Shown here piece by piece: positions 23,451-33,805 of a stretch of DNA of 64,000 nt. The translations under genes were made by a program, and so were the position numbers. Source of the stretch: an uncultured Methanomicrobiales archaeon (lineage in GTDB: Archaea; Halobacteriota; Methanomicrobia; Methanomicrobiales; Methanospirillaceae); NCBI GenBank assembly GCA_963758915.1, contig CAVWXH010000008.1:1-64000 (forward strand). The letters are read 5' to 3'. Position 1 is the first letter of the stretch. Every line of letters begins with the position of its first letter. The notes under the pieces were generated by a model. It had not been told where the DNA came from. It was given only the letters and a program-made list of their open reading frames with translations, and did no database searches.

Positions 23451-25693
23451 GGGTGCCTCGATAATTCGTATATTTTTTTTGCCCGTTTCTCACCGATCCC
23501 GGGGACTTCAGATAACGCTTTTTTATCTGCGTTGACAATACCCTGCACTGATCCAAAGTGATCCAAAAGCAGCCTCGCATTTTTCAGCCCGATTTCCGGG
23601 AAAGCACCGATAATACTCTCCTGTTGCTCCATGTGCGAATGGTATGGTTTCCGGATGGACGGGGCACGTTCTCCACGTTCCTCGAACTCCCGTCTGGCAA
23701 TAACCTGGAGCATTGCCGCCGTATCGGCCCCGTCTTTCGTCGTGAACAATGTCACCCCGAGGTCGATTGCAATCGCTGAAAGAGTCCCCCGGATTGCATT
23801 CGGGTGGATATTTCTCTCCTGGTAGAGGTCATCACCCTCAATCACCAGTACAGGTCGGATACAGGAGGTTGCGAGTGACCGCAGCTGCCCGAGAAGATCG
23901 CGGTTTACAAGGGTATCAGCAAAGTCCCTTGTCGTCTTCCGTTCGACTATTATCCGGTCTCCTATCGCATAATCACCGATGGGTAATCTCTGGATACTGA
24001 TTGAGGCCCCCATGGCATGGAGGGATTCCACGACCTTCGATGAAGTCTCCCGGTCATCGACAACAATTGACGGGCCCGACCCGGCAGGGGTAACTGCGGT
24101 AAACTCTTCGATACTCATCTGGGTTGCTTTACTATCACCGGGAAAGGATTGCGGCATGCCATTGCCGATCTGCCGTATCCCCTTGGCCATTGCCCGTTCC
24201 CGAGACTGGCTCACGTACCGGAAGGTCTCGTCCTGGGTCCCTTTTGTTACAAGGACTATAATTTTACCATGACCACTTCTGCCTGTCCTGCCTTTCCGCT
24301 GGATACTGCGGATTTCTGATGGTACCGCCTCGTAAAACACGACAAGGTCCGTGGAAGGGACATCAAGCCCTTCCTCCCCGACCGAAGTGGCAACAAGTAC
24401 GCGGAACTCTCCTGACCTGAACCTCCGGAGTGCATCGATCTGCTTTTTCTGGCTCAGTCCTTTCTCTGCATCCTTTGTTGCCTGCCCGACAAAGCGTTCA
24501 CACGGGATACCCTGCGAGGTCAGCCGGTCAACTATCAGCTGGACAGCATCGCGGTAGGTCGCAAATACGATGATCCTGCTGTCCGTGGAACTCCTGAGCT
24601 CTGATTTTATTATTGCTTCAACAATGCCGAGTTTTGGGTGGAGCTCGCCTTCCCACCCGGCCACCCTGTCCATGAGGCCTGTGAAAACCGGGTCCTGCGC
24701 AAGCCGGCGACTCGCTTTTGAACCGGATGGAGATGTTGCTTCTGCGGCAAGGCGGGATAGGTAGGTCTTTAAAACCTCGCTCCCCTGTGACTCGGCAAGT
24801 CCCACCGCGTGTTTCAGCTTCATGATCTCAGCATAGACCGAGGCTGCTGCAAACCCGGCAGGTTCCCGCTGCAGGATTTTTTCCTGCACCTGTGCATTGA
24901 TTGCATTGAGGGCTTTCATCGAGAGCTGCTGTCGTTTCGGAACAGAAAATCCCGAACCGGCAAGGAGTTTCAACCTGTCGTCGAGCAGCCTGTTAAGGTG
25001 GTCAAGAGCCTTCTCCAGTTCCGGGGGCAGTGAAACGCTGATGATTTCGATATCACGCTCATGGATGTAAGGCCGTACATCGGGATCATCCTCGCTCCGT
25101 GTCTCTACCTGCTCGATCCCGACATTTGCACAGACCTCTCTTACCTTTTCCTGCTGGCCGCCTGGTGATGCAGTCATGGCAAGAATTCTCGGGTTTTTTG
25201 CCTGGATACGGTACTGCTCTGCAAGGAACACGTAGGCATAGTTACCAACAGCCCGGTGACATTCGTCAATAATCATCAGGGTAACATCTGCCAGGGAATA
25301 ACGGCCAGCGAGAATATCGTTTTTTATAACCTGAGGTGTGGCAAAAATAACAGTCGAACGCTCCCATTCACGGGTGCGTTGTTCACCCGGGGTTTCACCG
25401 GTAAACATAACAAAGGGTGGTGTATCACCCTGTTTATCCGGTAAAACAAGCAGTTTTTCAAAAAATCTCAGGTGTTGTTCGACAAGCGGCTTAGTGGGGG
25501 CGAGCATGAGTACCTTCCCACCCTCGTTATACAACCGCGATGCCGCAACAATCAGTGCCACGGCTGTCTTCCCAAGGCCTGTCGGGAGGACAAGGAGCGT
25601 ATTTGCATCTATCGCCCGCATCGCGACGTTTAGTTGATACTCCCTCGACTCAAGGCTATCGGGTCGTATCAGCGGGTGGTTGATGCAGGTCAT
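23441..25693 (-). CDS. hef: Hef helicase/ERCC4 nuclease
   Basis: PTGLGKT, DECH, TAS, QRKGRTGR, ERKT nuclease motif and C-terminal HhH. Confidence 0.95.
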   Translation of the reverse strand: MTCINHPLIRPDSLESREYQLNVAMRAIDANTLLVLPTGLGKTAVALIVAASRLYNEGGKVLMLAPTKPLVEQHLRFFEKLLVLPDKQGDTPPFVMFTGETPGEQRTREWERSTVIFATPQVIKNDILAGRYSLADVTLMIIDECHRAVGNYAYVFLAEQYRIQAKNPRILAMTASPGGQQEKVREVCANVGIEQVETRSEDDPDVRPYIHERDIEIISVSLPPELEKALDHLNRLLDDRLKLLAGSGFSVPKRQQLSMKALNAINAQVQEKILQREPAGFAAASVYAEIMKLKHAVGLAESQGSEVLKTYLSRLAAEATSPSGSKASRRLAQDPVFTGLMDRVAGWEGELHPKLGIVEAIIKSELRSSTDSRIIVFATYRDAVQLIVDRLTSQGIPCERFVGQATKDAEKGLSQKKQIDALRRFRSGEFRVLVATSVGEEGLDVPSTDLVVFYEAVPSEIRSIQRKGRTGRSGHGKIIVLVTKGTQDETFRYVSQSRERAMAKGIRQIGNGMPQSFPGDSKATQMSIEEFTAVTPAGSGPSIVVDDRETSSKVVESLHAMGASISIQRLPIGDYAIGDRIIVERKTTRDFADTLVNRDLLGQLRSLATSCIRPVLVIEGDDLYQERNIHPNAIRGTLSAIAIDLGVTLFTTKDGADTAAMLQVIARREFEERGERAPSIRKPYHSHMEQQESIIGAFPEIGLKNARLLLDHFGSVQGIVNADKKALSEVPGIGEKRAKKIYELSRHPYG

Positions 25694-27411
25694 GGACAGA
25701 TTGTGGAGAAAGTTCCCTTTCCTTCGATTAGGTCGTTGATCATGCCAGGTACACGATCGATCGGCACTCTCATTTGTTTCATGGTGTCCCGGTCACGGAT
25801 TGTCACGGTCTGGTCCTCTTTGGTATCATAATCGATGGTGATGCAGAAGGGCGTGCCTATTTCGTCCTGTCTCCGGTACCGGCGCCCTATTGCCCCGGAA
25901 TCATCGTATTCGGCGAGGATATGGGCCTCATGAAATCTACGGGTAAGCTGGCTGGCGATCGTGTCAAGCCCGTCACGGTTCATTAAGGGAAAGACTGCTA
26001 CCTGGACGGGTGCAACGAGGGGCGGGAGGCGGAGTACACGGCGCTCTTCCCCGTCAACTATTTCTTCGTCATAACTCTGCTCAAGGACCGCGTAACACAT
26101 CCGGTCGATACCATATGAAGGTTCTATGACATGTGGCCTGACCTCTTCTCCCGGGAGATCGACCTCTTCTTCAATCACCCTGTAGAGGTCCTTTGGGACA
26201 AAGAACTCTTCTGATCCGATGGTAACCGTGATCCCGTCAGGGCCGGGAGCCGTTGTTGCAAGTGCATCAGCAATATCTTTCGCTTTCCCGCGGTACTTCG
26301 GGCCGAGGGCTCCCATGTCTGCGACGACTCTCCTCCTTTGCACCCGTTTCGGGGTCTCATACTGGATAAAGACGGTAAAGGACTGGCCACTCTGTTTTTC
26401 GTGTGCCCGGAGGTCGTAATCTGTACGGTCCGCAATCCCGACGGTTTCCACCCAGCCGAAGCGTTCAGAGCTGATTTCTGCGTCCCAGCAGTCTTCTGCA
26501 TAATGGGCAAGTTCGTCAGGCAGGTGCTGCCGGAACCGGAGCCTGTCAGGTTTCACGCCGATCCTGACGAGTAACTGGTGGGTCAGTGCGAGGTAATACG
26601 CAACATATTCGTTTGCAATAATTCCCTTGTCTACGGCAGATCTCATGGTCATGATCAGGGGCGCCGAATTTTCCTGCTGCTGCTTCTGCCCGAATAGCGG
26701 GACTTCATAGTCAGCATACCGTGCAAAATGCGGGTGGTTTTTTTCTTCGGGATGTACAAAGATCTCAGCTTCGGCCTGGGTGAACTCACGGAGCCTGATC
26801 ATACCCTGTCTCGGGGAGATCTCGTTCCGGTAGGATTTTCCTATCTGTACTGCGCCGAATGGCAGTTTATCCCGGTAAAAACGGAGCAGCCGCTGGAAGT
26901 CTGTGAACATCCCCTGTGCAGTCTCGGGTCTTAAATAGCCTTTCCGCTGCGATCCTGGTCCAATCGTGGTCTGGAACATCAGGTTGAACGGGAAGACCTC
27001 GACCTTCCCGAGTACCTCCTCGCACACCGGGCAGGTGAGTGGGCCCAGTGCTGCAGAAAGTTGTTCTTCTGACATCGTGGAAGCTCCGGCAATACCCCCT
27101 CCCTCGACGACATGGTCGGCTCGCAGGTATTCCCTGCAATGCGGGCACTGGAACATCTTGTCTGAAAACCCCTTGACGTGCCCTGATGCGATAAAAATGG
27201 ATTCCTGTCCGATGGTTGGACATTCGATCTCGTAATACCCTTCCTGTATTACGTAAAAAGAACGCCATATGTCTTCGATCCGCCGTTTCATCATGGAACC
27301 AAGCGGACCATAATCGATGAATCCTGCGACCGCCCCGTAACATTCTGATGTCGGCCATACAAAACCGCGTCGTTTGGTAAGATCATTTATTTTATCGTAT
27401 ACATCGCTCAT
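25690..27411 (-). CDS. glyS: Glycine--tRNA ligase
   Basis: LRPETAQG, YRNEISPRQGMIRLREFTQ, EPSYGIDR and IGRRYRRQDEIG motifs. Confidence 0.97.
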   Translation of the reverse strand: MSDVYDKINDLTKRRGFVWPTSECYGAVAGFIDYGPLGSMMKRRIEDIWRSFYVIQEGYYEIECPTIGQESIFIASGHVKGFSDKMFQCPHCREYLRADHVVEGGGIAGASTMSEEQLSAALGPLTCPVCEEVLGKVEVFPFNLMFQTTIGPGSQRKGYLRPETAQGMFTDFQRLLRFYRDKLPFGAVQIGKSYRNEISPRQGMIRLREFTQAEAEIFVHPEEKNHPHFARYADYEVPLFGQKQQQENSAPLIMTMRSAVDKGIIANEYVAYYLALTHQLLVRIGVKPDRLRFRQHLPDELAHYAEDCWDAEISSERFGWVETVGIADRTDYDLRAHEKQSGQSFTVFIQYETPKRVQRRRVVADMGALGPKYRGKAKDIADALATTAPGPDGITVTIGSEEFFVPKDLYRVIEEEVDLPGEEVRPHVIEPSYGIDRMCYAVLEQSYDEEIVDGEERRVLRLPPLVAPVQVAVFPLMNRDGLDTIASQLTRRFHEAHILAEYDDSGAIGRRYRRQDEIGTPFCITIDYDTKEDQTVTIRDRDTMKQMRVPIDRVPGMINDLIEGKGTFSTICP

Positions 27412-27684
27412 ATCGACCACTGGTTATCCATCATAATAGAACGCCCGGTATGAAAAAGTTGTTCAAATCGGAGTATTAACACAGGAAAAATCTCACCAAC
27501 GCCATACCCCCCGGATTTGCCGGGAAAGCCTTCCCTGAATGCGGGGTTACAGTACAATAAGGTAAAAAATACCCCTGATGTGTCTTATCTGTCATTAATC
27601 ATGCTTATAAAATCCGGAAATAAAGATAGTGTTAAATATTAATCCGCGCATCTATTCCGGTAATCCCTAGTGTGGTTTTCAAAC

Positions 27685-28293
27685 ATGCCGGAAGACAAAC
27701 GTAAAATTCAGCTTCTGGAATTGTTCACAAACATTACCAGCAAAACAAAGATCGTGGAACCGATGAAAAAAATCCACGGATCTTTAAGAGACCGTGACGC
27801 CGTTGAACGTGAAATCGCCCTTGTTATGCGGGAGATTCTTGATCAGGGCTTCTTTAAGACCAAACTGAAGCCTATTCAACTCGCCAAGCTCGTCTCTGCC
27901 TACTATCTCGGCAAGAACGATACTGAGATCGCCAGAGAACTTGGGGATGAAAAGCTGTCAAAGACCGTCGCACGAGCACGTGTTCGTCTGAAACTATTCC
28001 GCGACCTTGATTTCAAGATGCCATTTGACCGTGAGAAAATGGAACTGCTCATGGAATCAGGGAAGACGATGAAGGAGATCAGCGAAGAACTCGGGGTAAG
28101 CCCGTCCACGCTCCGTGAATACCGCCACGTGATAGACCAGCGGGATGACCATACCATTGATCACTACCTTGAGCGTATCAGGGATGTGATGGAGGACCGG
28201 GACCTCAGCGAGCAGATGACCCGGAGCGCCACAAAGGATGGTCTCGGCGATTCAATCGATATAACAGAAGCAGAATTAATTGATGTAGCCTGA
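27685..28293 (+). CDS. Helix-turn-helix domain protein
   Basis: Two HTH-like segments (DTEIARELG..SKTVARAR; MKEISEELGVSPSTLREY). Confidence 0.75.
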   Translation: MPEDKRKIQLLELFTNITSKTKIVEPMKKIHGSLRDRDAVEREIALVMREILDQGFFKTKLKPIQLAKLVSAYYLGKNDTEIARELGDEKLSKTVARARVRLKLFRDLDFKMPFDREKMELLMESGKTMKEISEELGVSPSTLREYRHVIDQRDDHTIDHYLERIRDVMEDRDLSEQMTRSATKDGLGDSIDITEAELIDVA

Positions 28294-28479
28294 ACAAGAC
28301 CAGCAGGGATGGATGAATTCCATCCGGTTATTATGAGTGAGGCCACTCATTCATTTTTTACCTTTTTAACCAATTTCCGTATCATTGGATGTATCATGGG
28401 ATTATCCTTTTCTGCCATTCCCCCCGTGTTTCAGGAAGCGTTACGTTTTCATAAGAAGTGTGAGGATAGTGTACCTGAT

Positions 28480-29136
28480 ATGAAACTCACCTGGCTTGGG
28501 CATTCCTGTGTATGGTTATCGGGCACCAAAAACATTATCGTGGACCCTTTTATTGGTGAAGGGAAGGAAATTACTGCCGATTGTGATATTATCGCGGTCA
28601 CCCATGGGCATGCCGATCACATGGGTGATACGGTCAGGCTCAGGAAAACAACGGTTGCAATTAATGAAATCGCAAAATATCTCGCAATAAAAGGTATCCC
28701 TGTTGAAGGGATGAATATCGGGGGGACTATTGAAGTTGATGGCGTCCGGTTCACCATGACCCCTGCAGTCCATTCCTCGTGGCTCGAGGAAGGTGGTATC
28801 GGGTGCAACGGGGGTGCTGCTGCCGGGTACGTCATTACGATGGACGGGAAAAAGGTCTATCATGCCGGCGACACGGCACTGTTCTCTGATATGAAACTGA
28901 TCGGTGACCTTTACCGCCCGGATGTTGCCCTCCTCCCGATCGGGGGGAGGTTCACGATGGGGCCTGATGAGGCCATGATGGCCGCCCAGTATATCGGGGC
29001 CCCCCTGGTCATACCGATCCATTACAATACCTGGCCAAAGATTGTGCAGGACCCGTCAAAATTCAAATTTGCCATTGAACGGACGACTGATATGAAGGTC
29101 GCCGTCCTTGCACCAGGTGAAACGATCGAGGTGTGA
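28480..29136 (+). CDS. UPF0173 metal-dependent hydrolase (MBL fold)
   Basis: WLGHS, THGHADH, YHAGDT and IPIHY motifs. Confidence 0.92.
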   Translation: MKLTWLGHSCVWLSGTKNIIVDPFIGEGKEITADCDIIAVTHGHADHMGDTVRLRKTTVAINEIAKYLAIKGIPVEGMNIGGTIEVDGVRFTMTPAVHSSWLEEGGIGCNGGAAAGYVITMDGKKVYHAGDTALFSDMKLIGDLYRPDVALLPIGGRFTMGPDEAMMAAQYIGAPLVIPIHYNTWPKIVQDPSKFKFAIERTTDMKVAVLAPGETIEV

Positions 29137-29252
29137 AAATAGGGGCCAGTGTTTTTCAAAATTTATATTCCGGTTTAATATAAGGTATAAACAGTTCATC
29201 ACTGTGATTTATTGCATTTAAGCCAGGAATGGTTCTAATTAATTCAAAATTT

Positions 29253-29511
29253 GGCTTTGTTGAAACCCTTAGGTGATATAAAAAAATAAGAGGGAAATAC
29301 GAAGACAGGAGGGGGTTTCACCCCCCCTGCCCCACCCCCATTAAGATATTCTTCGGGCAGGGTTTTGGCGAAGGCTCATTAAATTCAGAGTATTGGGGGA
29401 TATCTCTATCCCAACCGGGGCGCCACAGCGGCGGGGCGGAGCCCCGAGAGCGTAGATAAATTTCAGAATAATCAGGATTCCGGATGCCGAATATAGCTTT
29501 TCAACAAAGCC
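29253..29511 (+). mobile_element. MITE-like repeat copy 3 (complete, with target-site duplication)
   Basis: Perfect 13-bp TIRs GGCTTTGTTGAAA/TTTCAACAAAGCC, flanked by direct repeat CAAAATTT at 29245-29252 and 29512-29519. Confidence 0.93.
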
Positions 29512-29609
29512 CAAAATTTATCTGATTGGGCAAGTACTATTCAATAATTATGCTGAAAAAGAAGCAAAAAGAGATTATTGGATCCCAAACTGAATAATTA
29601 GAATGTCAG

Positions 29610-30791
29610 TTAGAAATCTGTCATAACCCTGAACTGGTCGATCTCTTCCCTGTTCAGGTTTTCCAGGAATATTTCAGCCGCGGAACGGATATCCTTGGAC
29701 GCAGTGATTGCCCTGCCGACCACGAGGATGTCTGCCCCTGACTTCAGTGCATCCTTCACGACCTCTGCCCGGATACCGCCTGCCGTTGCGACGAGAAGTT
29801 TCCCACCTGCTGCCTTCTTCAGGGCGGCAATATTACCCCAGGCGTGCTTGGTCTCCTCTGCATCAATTGCCCTGTGGAGCTCAACAATATCCGGCTTCAC
29901 GGACAGCCCTGCAATCAGCTTGACCGGATCTGCAACGTTCAACATGTCCACGATGGAATAGATGCCGGTCTTCTTAGCCTCAACGATTGCCTTCTCAAGC
30001 GTTGAAACAGGTGCAAGCCCCGAAATTACGACGGCGTCTGCGGATGCATCGGCAGCCATCCGGGCCTCCAGGTTTCCTGTGTCAAGGATTTTTAAGTCTG
30101 CAATGATGAACGCATTTGGCCTGATCTTCCTCATATCAGAGATCACGTTCAGGCCGAACTTCTTAATCAGGGGAGTACCTGCCTCAATGATAAGGTGGTC
30201 GTTGGCCGGGAGTTCGGTGAGTACCTGGGTAACTTTGTTCATATCGACAAGATCAAGAGCGACCTGCAGGTAGGGGGGGTCCCAGAGGCGCTGGACCTTG
30301 AACCCCATCACGGCATGTGCGGCACGGTCTTTCTCATAAATGAGGGTTTTTTTGTCTGGGAACGCGTCCATTGCCCTGCTGATGGCCAGTTTCGTAGCCC
30401 CGTAGTTGTAACGGTAAATCTTATTGTAATCAGCTGCTGCCGGGTCAAGGTAGACACTTGCAAGGATCACGATCTTTTCTATATCCTGGTCCTTGAATGA
30501 CCCCTCCTCAACCGAATCTGCAACGGCTTTTGCAACCGCTGCCTGCACCGGCCCGAACATCTCATGGACCTGGGCTTCCTTCTTCATCGTGACTTTGGGG
30601 ATCACGAGTGTGACAGGTTTTGTCAGCAGGTTTGGTCGTATGACTGCAAGTAACGGGGTATGCCCGGATGAAAGTTGCGAGAGTGCATTGGCAAATGCGG
30701 ACCCGACCGCCCCTTCCTTATCTCCGATCATCAGGTCGATATGGGCGAGCTCCGGCCCGTCCCCGACGAGTGCTTCTCCAATAAGATACAT
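29610..30791 (-). CDS. fae-hps: Bifunctional formaldehyde-activating enzyme / 3-hexulose-6-phosphate synthase
   Basis: GEALVGDGPELAHIDL Fae domain fused to LQVALD, EAGTPLIK, DLKILDTG HPS domain. Confidence 0.95.
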   Translation of the reverse strand: MYLIGEALVGDGPELAHIDLMIGDKEGAVGSAFANALSQLSSGHTPLLAVIRPNLLTKPVTLVIPKVTMKKEAQVHEMFGPVQAAVAKAVADSVEEGSFKDQDIEKIVILASVYLDPAAADYNKIYRYNYGATKLAISRAMDAFPDKKTLIYEKDRAAHAVMGFKVQRLWDPPYLQVALDLVDMNKVTQVLTELPANDHLIIEAGTPLIKKFGLNVISDMRKIRPNAFIIADLKILDTGNLEARMAADASADAVVISGLAPVSTLEKAIVEAKKTGIYSIVDMLNVADPVKLIAGLSVKPDIVELHRAIDAEETKHAWGNIAALKKAAGGKLLVATAGGIRAEVVKDALKSGADILVVGRAITASKDIRSAAEIFLENLNREEIDQFRVMTDF

Positions 30792-31002
30792 AAAATCCTC
30801 AAGTCTCCTGATTACTATGTAGCCCCATTATATGATAAATGTTTTAATTCCCCCGGGATTCCAAAAAAATGATGATGTACCTGCAATACCGGTGATTGTG
30901 ATCATAAAAGGGGTTGGGTGCCGTAAAGATCTACGATGAGATTCGGGATGAATTCAAAATCCATTTGAAATCTCCCTGCTAAATAAACCATTTGCTTAAT
31001 AT

Positions 31003-31401
31003 TCAGATTAACCCTTTCCTGTCCCTGTCCGCAAATACATCCTTAGCCACGGCCATACCATTCAGTGCAGCAGGAAACCCGGCATACACTGCCATCTGGG
31101 TGATAATTTCGATTATTTCCTCACGCTTACAACCAATGTTCAGCGCCATGGAAATATGTGCATTCAGCTGGACAGGTGCATTACCCAGTGCAGTGAGCGC
31201 TGCAACCGTTGCAATTTGTCGTGATTTTAGGTCAAGGCCCGGTCTGCACAGCACGTCACCGTAAGGAAATTCAACCGTGTAATGGGCGAGATCAGGTGCA
31301 ATACCCTTCAGGTTGTCCAGCATTGCATCAACCCCCGTGCCGCTCATCGTTTCCAGCTGTTTCTTTCCTCTTTCAAATCTATCCTGGTCCATCAGTTCCA
31401 T
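31003..31401 (-). CDS. Carboxymuconolactone decarboxylase family protein
   Basis: YGDVLCRPGLDLKSRQIATVAAL and AVYAGFP motifs. Confidence 0.9.
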   Translation of the reverse strand: MELMDQDRFERGKKQLETMSGTGVDAMLDNLKGIAPDLAHYTVEFPYGDVLCRPGLDLKSRQIATVAALTALGNAPVQLNAHISMALNIGCKREEIIEIITQMAVYAGFPAALNGMAVAKDVFADRDRKGLI

Positions 31402-31497
31402 CTCCTGGACAGTATTGTCCCCTTGGTATTATGAAACCGGGTGGCAAAACAACCCGGAAAAAACTCACCGCTATGAGAGGTGGTGTAACTAAAAATG

Positions 31498-31658
31498 TGG
31501 GGTCGGTGAGATTTGAACTCACGATCGACGGGTCTCTCCGACATGCGTCAGTGCTCCAACGGATCATCACTATTCAGAAGACCCATTGTTCATCATTCGC
31601 ACAGAAGACGCGAAAGACCGCTGGAGCCCGTCGCCATTCCGGACTAGGCCACGACCCC
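31498..31658 (-). tRNA. tRNA-Trp(CCA) with 87-nt intron at 37/38
   Basis: GGGGTCG acceptor stem, ACGGG-CT-CCA-G|intron|A-CCCGT anticodon arm, TTCAAAT T-loop. Confidence 0.95.
31534..31620 (-). ncRNA. Intron-encoded box C/D guide RNA of pre-tRNA-Trp
   Basis: C box ATGATGA, D' CTGA, C' GTGATGA and D CTGA. Guides TGGGTCT and CCGTTGGAGC are complementary to the two exon/intron junctions. Confidence 0.88.
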
Positions 31659-31813
31659 GATGATGTAAATTAAATCGCATGTCCGAGATTTAAGTGTTCC
31701 CATAAAGAAACATATCTGGGAACTACCATAATTGTCCTTCCTTATGAAAACAGGGGGAATTATTATGCGAAATCAGTAATCATATATTCTTTTCTCACGC
31801 CATAATCTGATCA

Positions 31814-33514
31814 ATGGTGAAGATCAGTTACGATTGTGGGATCTCTTCATTTCCGTTGATTGGCGAGACCATCGGGTATATGTTCAACCGGATCGCAAAA
31901 GAGCACCCTGATAACGAAGCCCTTGTATCCGTACACCAGGGGATAAGGTGGACATACAGTGAATTCCATGGGCATGTGGATGACCTGGCAAAGGGACTGA
32001 TGGCGCTTGGTGTTGAGAAAGGTCACCGGGTAGGGATATGGGCGATGAACTACGCCGAGTGGGTCCAGGTACAATTTGCAACCGCAAAAATCGGGGCGAT
32101 TATGGTCAACATCAACCCCGCGTACCGGACATATGAACTCGAGTACGTATTGAAACAGGCAGAAATACAGACCCTTATCATCCAGGGGCGGTTCAAAACC
32201 TCGGATTATGTGGGCATGTTTTACGAGGCCTGCCCGGAAGCCTATGAGTCGCGTCCGGGCCACATCAAGAGTGATAAGTTCCAGTTCCTCAAAAATGTTA
32301 TTTTCATGGGGGATATCCCCTATAACGGGATGTTTGTCTGGGAGGACTGTATCCGGAAAGGGGAAGAGATCAGTCAGGATGAACTGATCGACCGCGAGGG
32401 GTCGCTTGAGTTCGACGATGCCATCAATATCCAGTATACCAGCGGTACCACCGGATTTCCGAAGGGGGTCGTCCTCAGCCACCACTCGGTACTGAATAAC
32501 GGGTATATAATCGGGGAAGGAATGGGCTTTACACCTGCAGACCGCCTTTGTATCCCGGTCCCGTTCTACCACTGTTTTGGCATGGTGCTCTCAAACCTTG
32601 CCTGTGTTACGCACGGGTCGACCATGGTAATCCCATCTCCGACATTTAACGCGGAAGAAGTCCTGAAGGCTGTCCAGAATGAGCGGTGTACGGCGCTTCA
32701 TGGCGTCCCTACGATGTTCATTGCGGAACTCTCGCACCCGGAATTCCCCCGTTACTCAATGAGCACCCTCCGTACCGGGATTATGGCCGGTTCTCCCTGT
32801 CCTATCGAGGTGATGAAAGAAGTCTCAAAGAAGATGAATATGACCGATATTGTTATCGTATACGGTCAGACAGAGACGTCTCCCGGTGTTACGATGACCA
32901 CCACAAAAGATCCGATTGAACGGAGGGTATCAACGGTGGGTAAACTGTTCCCCCACACGGAATTGAAATTCATCGACCAGAAGACACGGAAAATTGTTCC
33001 ACGTGGGGAGATCGGGGAGATCTGCGCCCGTGGATATATGACCATGAAATGTTATTACAACAACCCGAATGCTACCCATGGCACTCTTGACCATAACGGC
33101 TGGAATCATACGGGGGACCTTGGTACAATAGACGATGAGGGGTATGTAAAAATCGTTGGGCGATTAAAGGATATGGTCATCAGGGGTGGTGAGAATATTT
33201 ATCCGCGAGAAATCGAGGAGTTCCTCCATCACCATCCAAAAATTGCAGATGTATACGTGATAGGTGTCCCTGATGTGAAATATGGTGAAGAACTTATGGC
33301 CTGGGTTAAAATCACTCCAGGCCAGGTCCTGTCTGAAGAAGAAATCAAGGACTTCTGCAAGGGTAAAATTGCCCATTATAAGATCCCCCGGTATATCCGG
33401 TTCACTGATGATTTCCCTGTCACCATATCCGGAAAGATCCAGAAATTCAAAATGCGTGAAATCTCGGTGAAAGAACTGCATCTCGAAGCTGCTGAAGAGA
33501 TTAAAACTGCATAG
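31814..33514 (+). CDS. AMP-binding acyl-CoA synthetase family protein
   Basis: [41 protein letters not shown] and SGKIQK motifs. Confidence 0.93.
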   Translation: MVKISYDCGISSFPLIGETIGYMFNRIAKEHPDNEALVSVHQGIRWTYSEFHGHVDDLAKGLMALGVEKGHRVGIWAMNYAEWVQVQFATAKIGAIMVNINPAYRTYELEYVLKQAEIQTLIIQGRFKTSDYVGMFYEACPEAYESRPGHIKSDKFQFLKNVIFMGDIPYNGMFVWEDCIRKGEEISQDELIDREGSLEFDDAINIQYTSGTTGFPKGVVLSHHSVLNNGYIIGEGMGFTPADRLCIPVPFYHCFGMVLSNLACVTHGSTMVIPSPTFNAEEVLKAVQNERCTALHGVPTMFIAELSHPEFPRYSMSTLRTGIMAGSPCPIEVMKEVSKKMNMTDIVIVYGQTETSPGVTMTTTKDPIERRVSTVGKLFPHTELKFIDQKTRKIVPRGEIGEICARGYMTMKCYYNNPNATHGTLDHNGWNHTGDLGTIDDEGYVKIVGRLKDMVIRGGENIYPREIEEFLHHHPKIADVYVIGVPDVKYGEELMAWVKITPGQVLSEEEIKDFCKGKIAHYKIPRYIRFTDDFPVTISGKIQKFKMREISVKELHLEAAEEIKTA

Positions 33515-33805
33515 TAACATTTCCAGGTGCCATAATGGTCTGACAAAAGACCCTGAATTTTTTTAACCGAATATCTTTTCTTGATAGTCCCGTTATTATG
33601 CCCTGTATAACCAAGGGATTTCCTGCGGTTTTACCTGTTGCCTGTTCTGGCGGAGGAACGTAACCATGGGTACCTTTCGTAGTTGAAAAAAAGTCACTGG
33701 TTCACCCAACGCCGTGCCTGCCATCTGTCCCACAATGTAAACAAGGGATAGTTCACGAGGGCGGGTGCCGGAATTCCCAGGTTATCAGCGGTAGTTGCCA
33801 TAATG

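Noticed and set aside
33520-33800. Possible ncRNA in the convergent gap after the acyl-CoA synthetase
   Set aside because: No recognisable SRP, RNase P, tRNA or box C/D features and no convincing long stems by eye.
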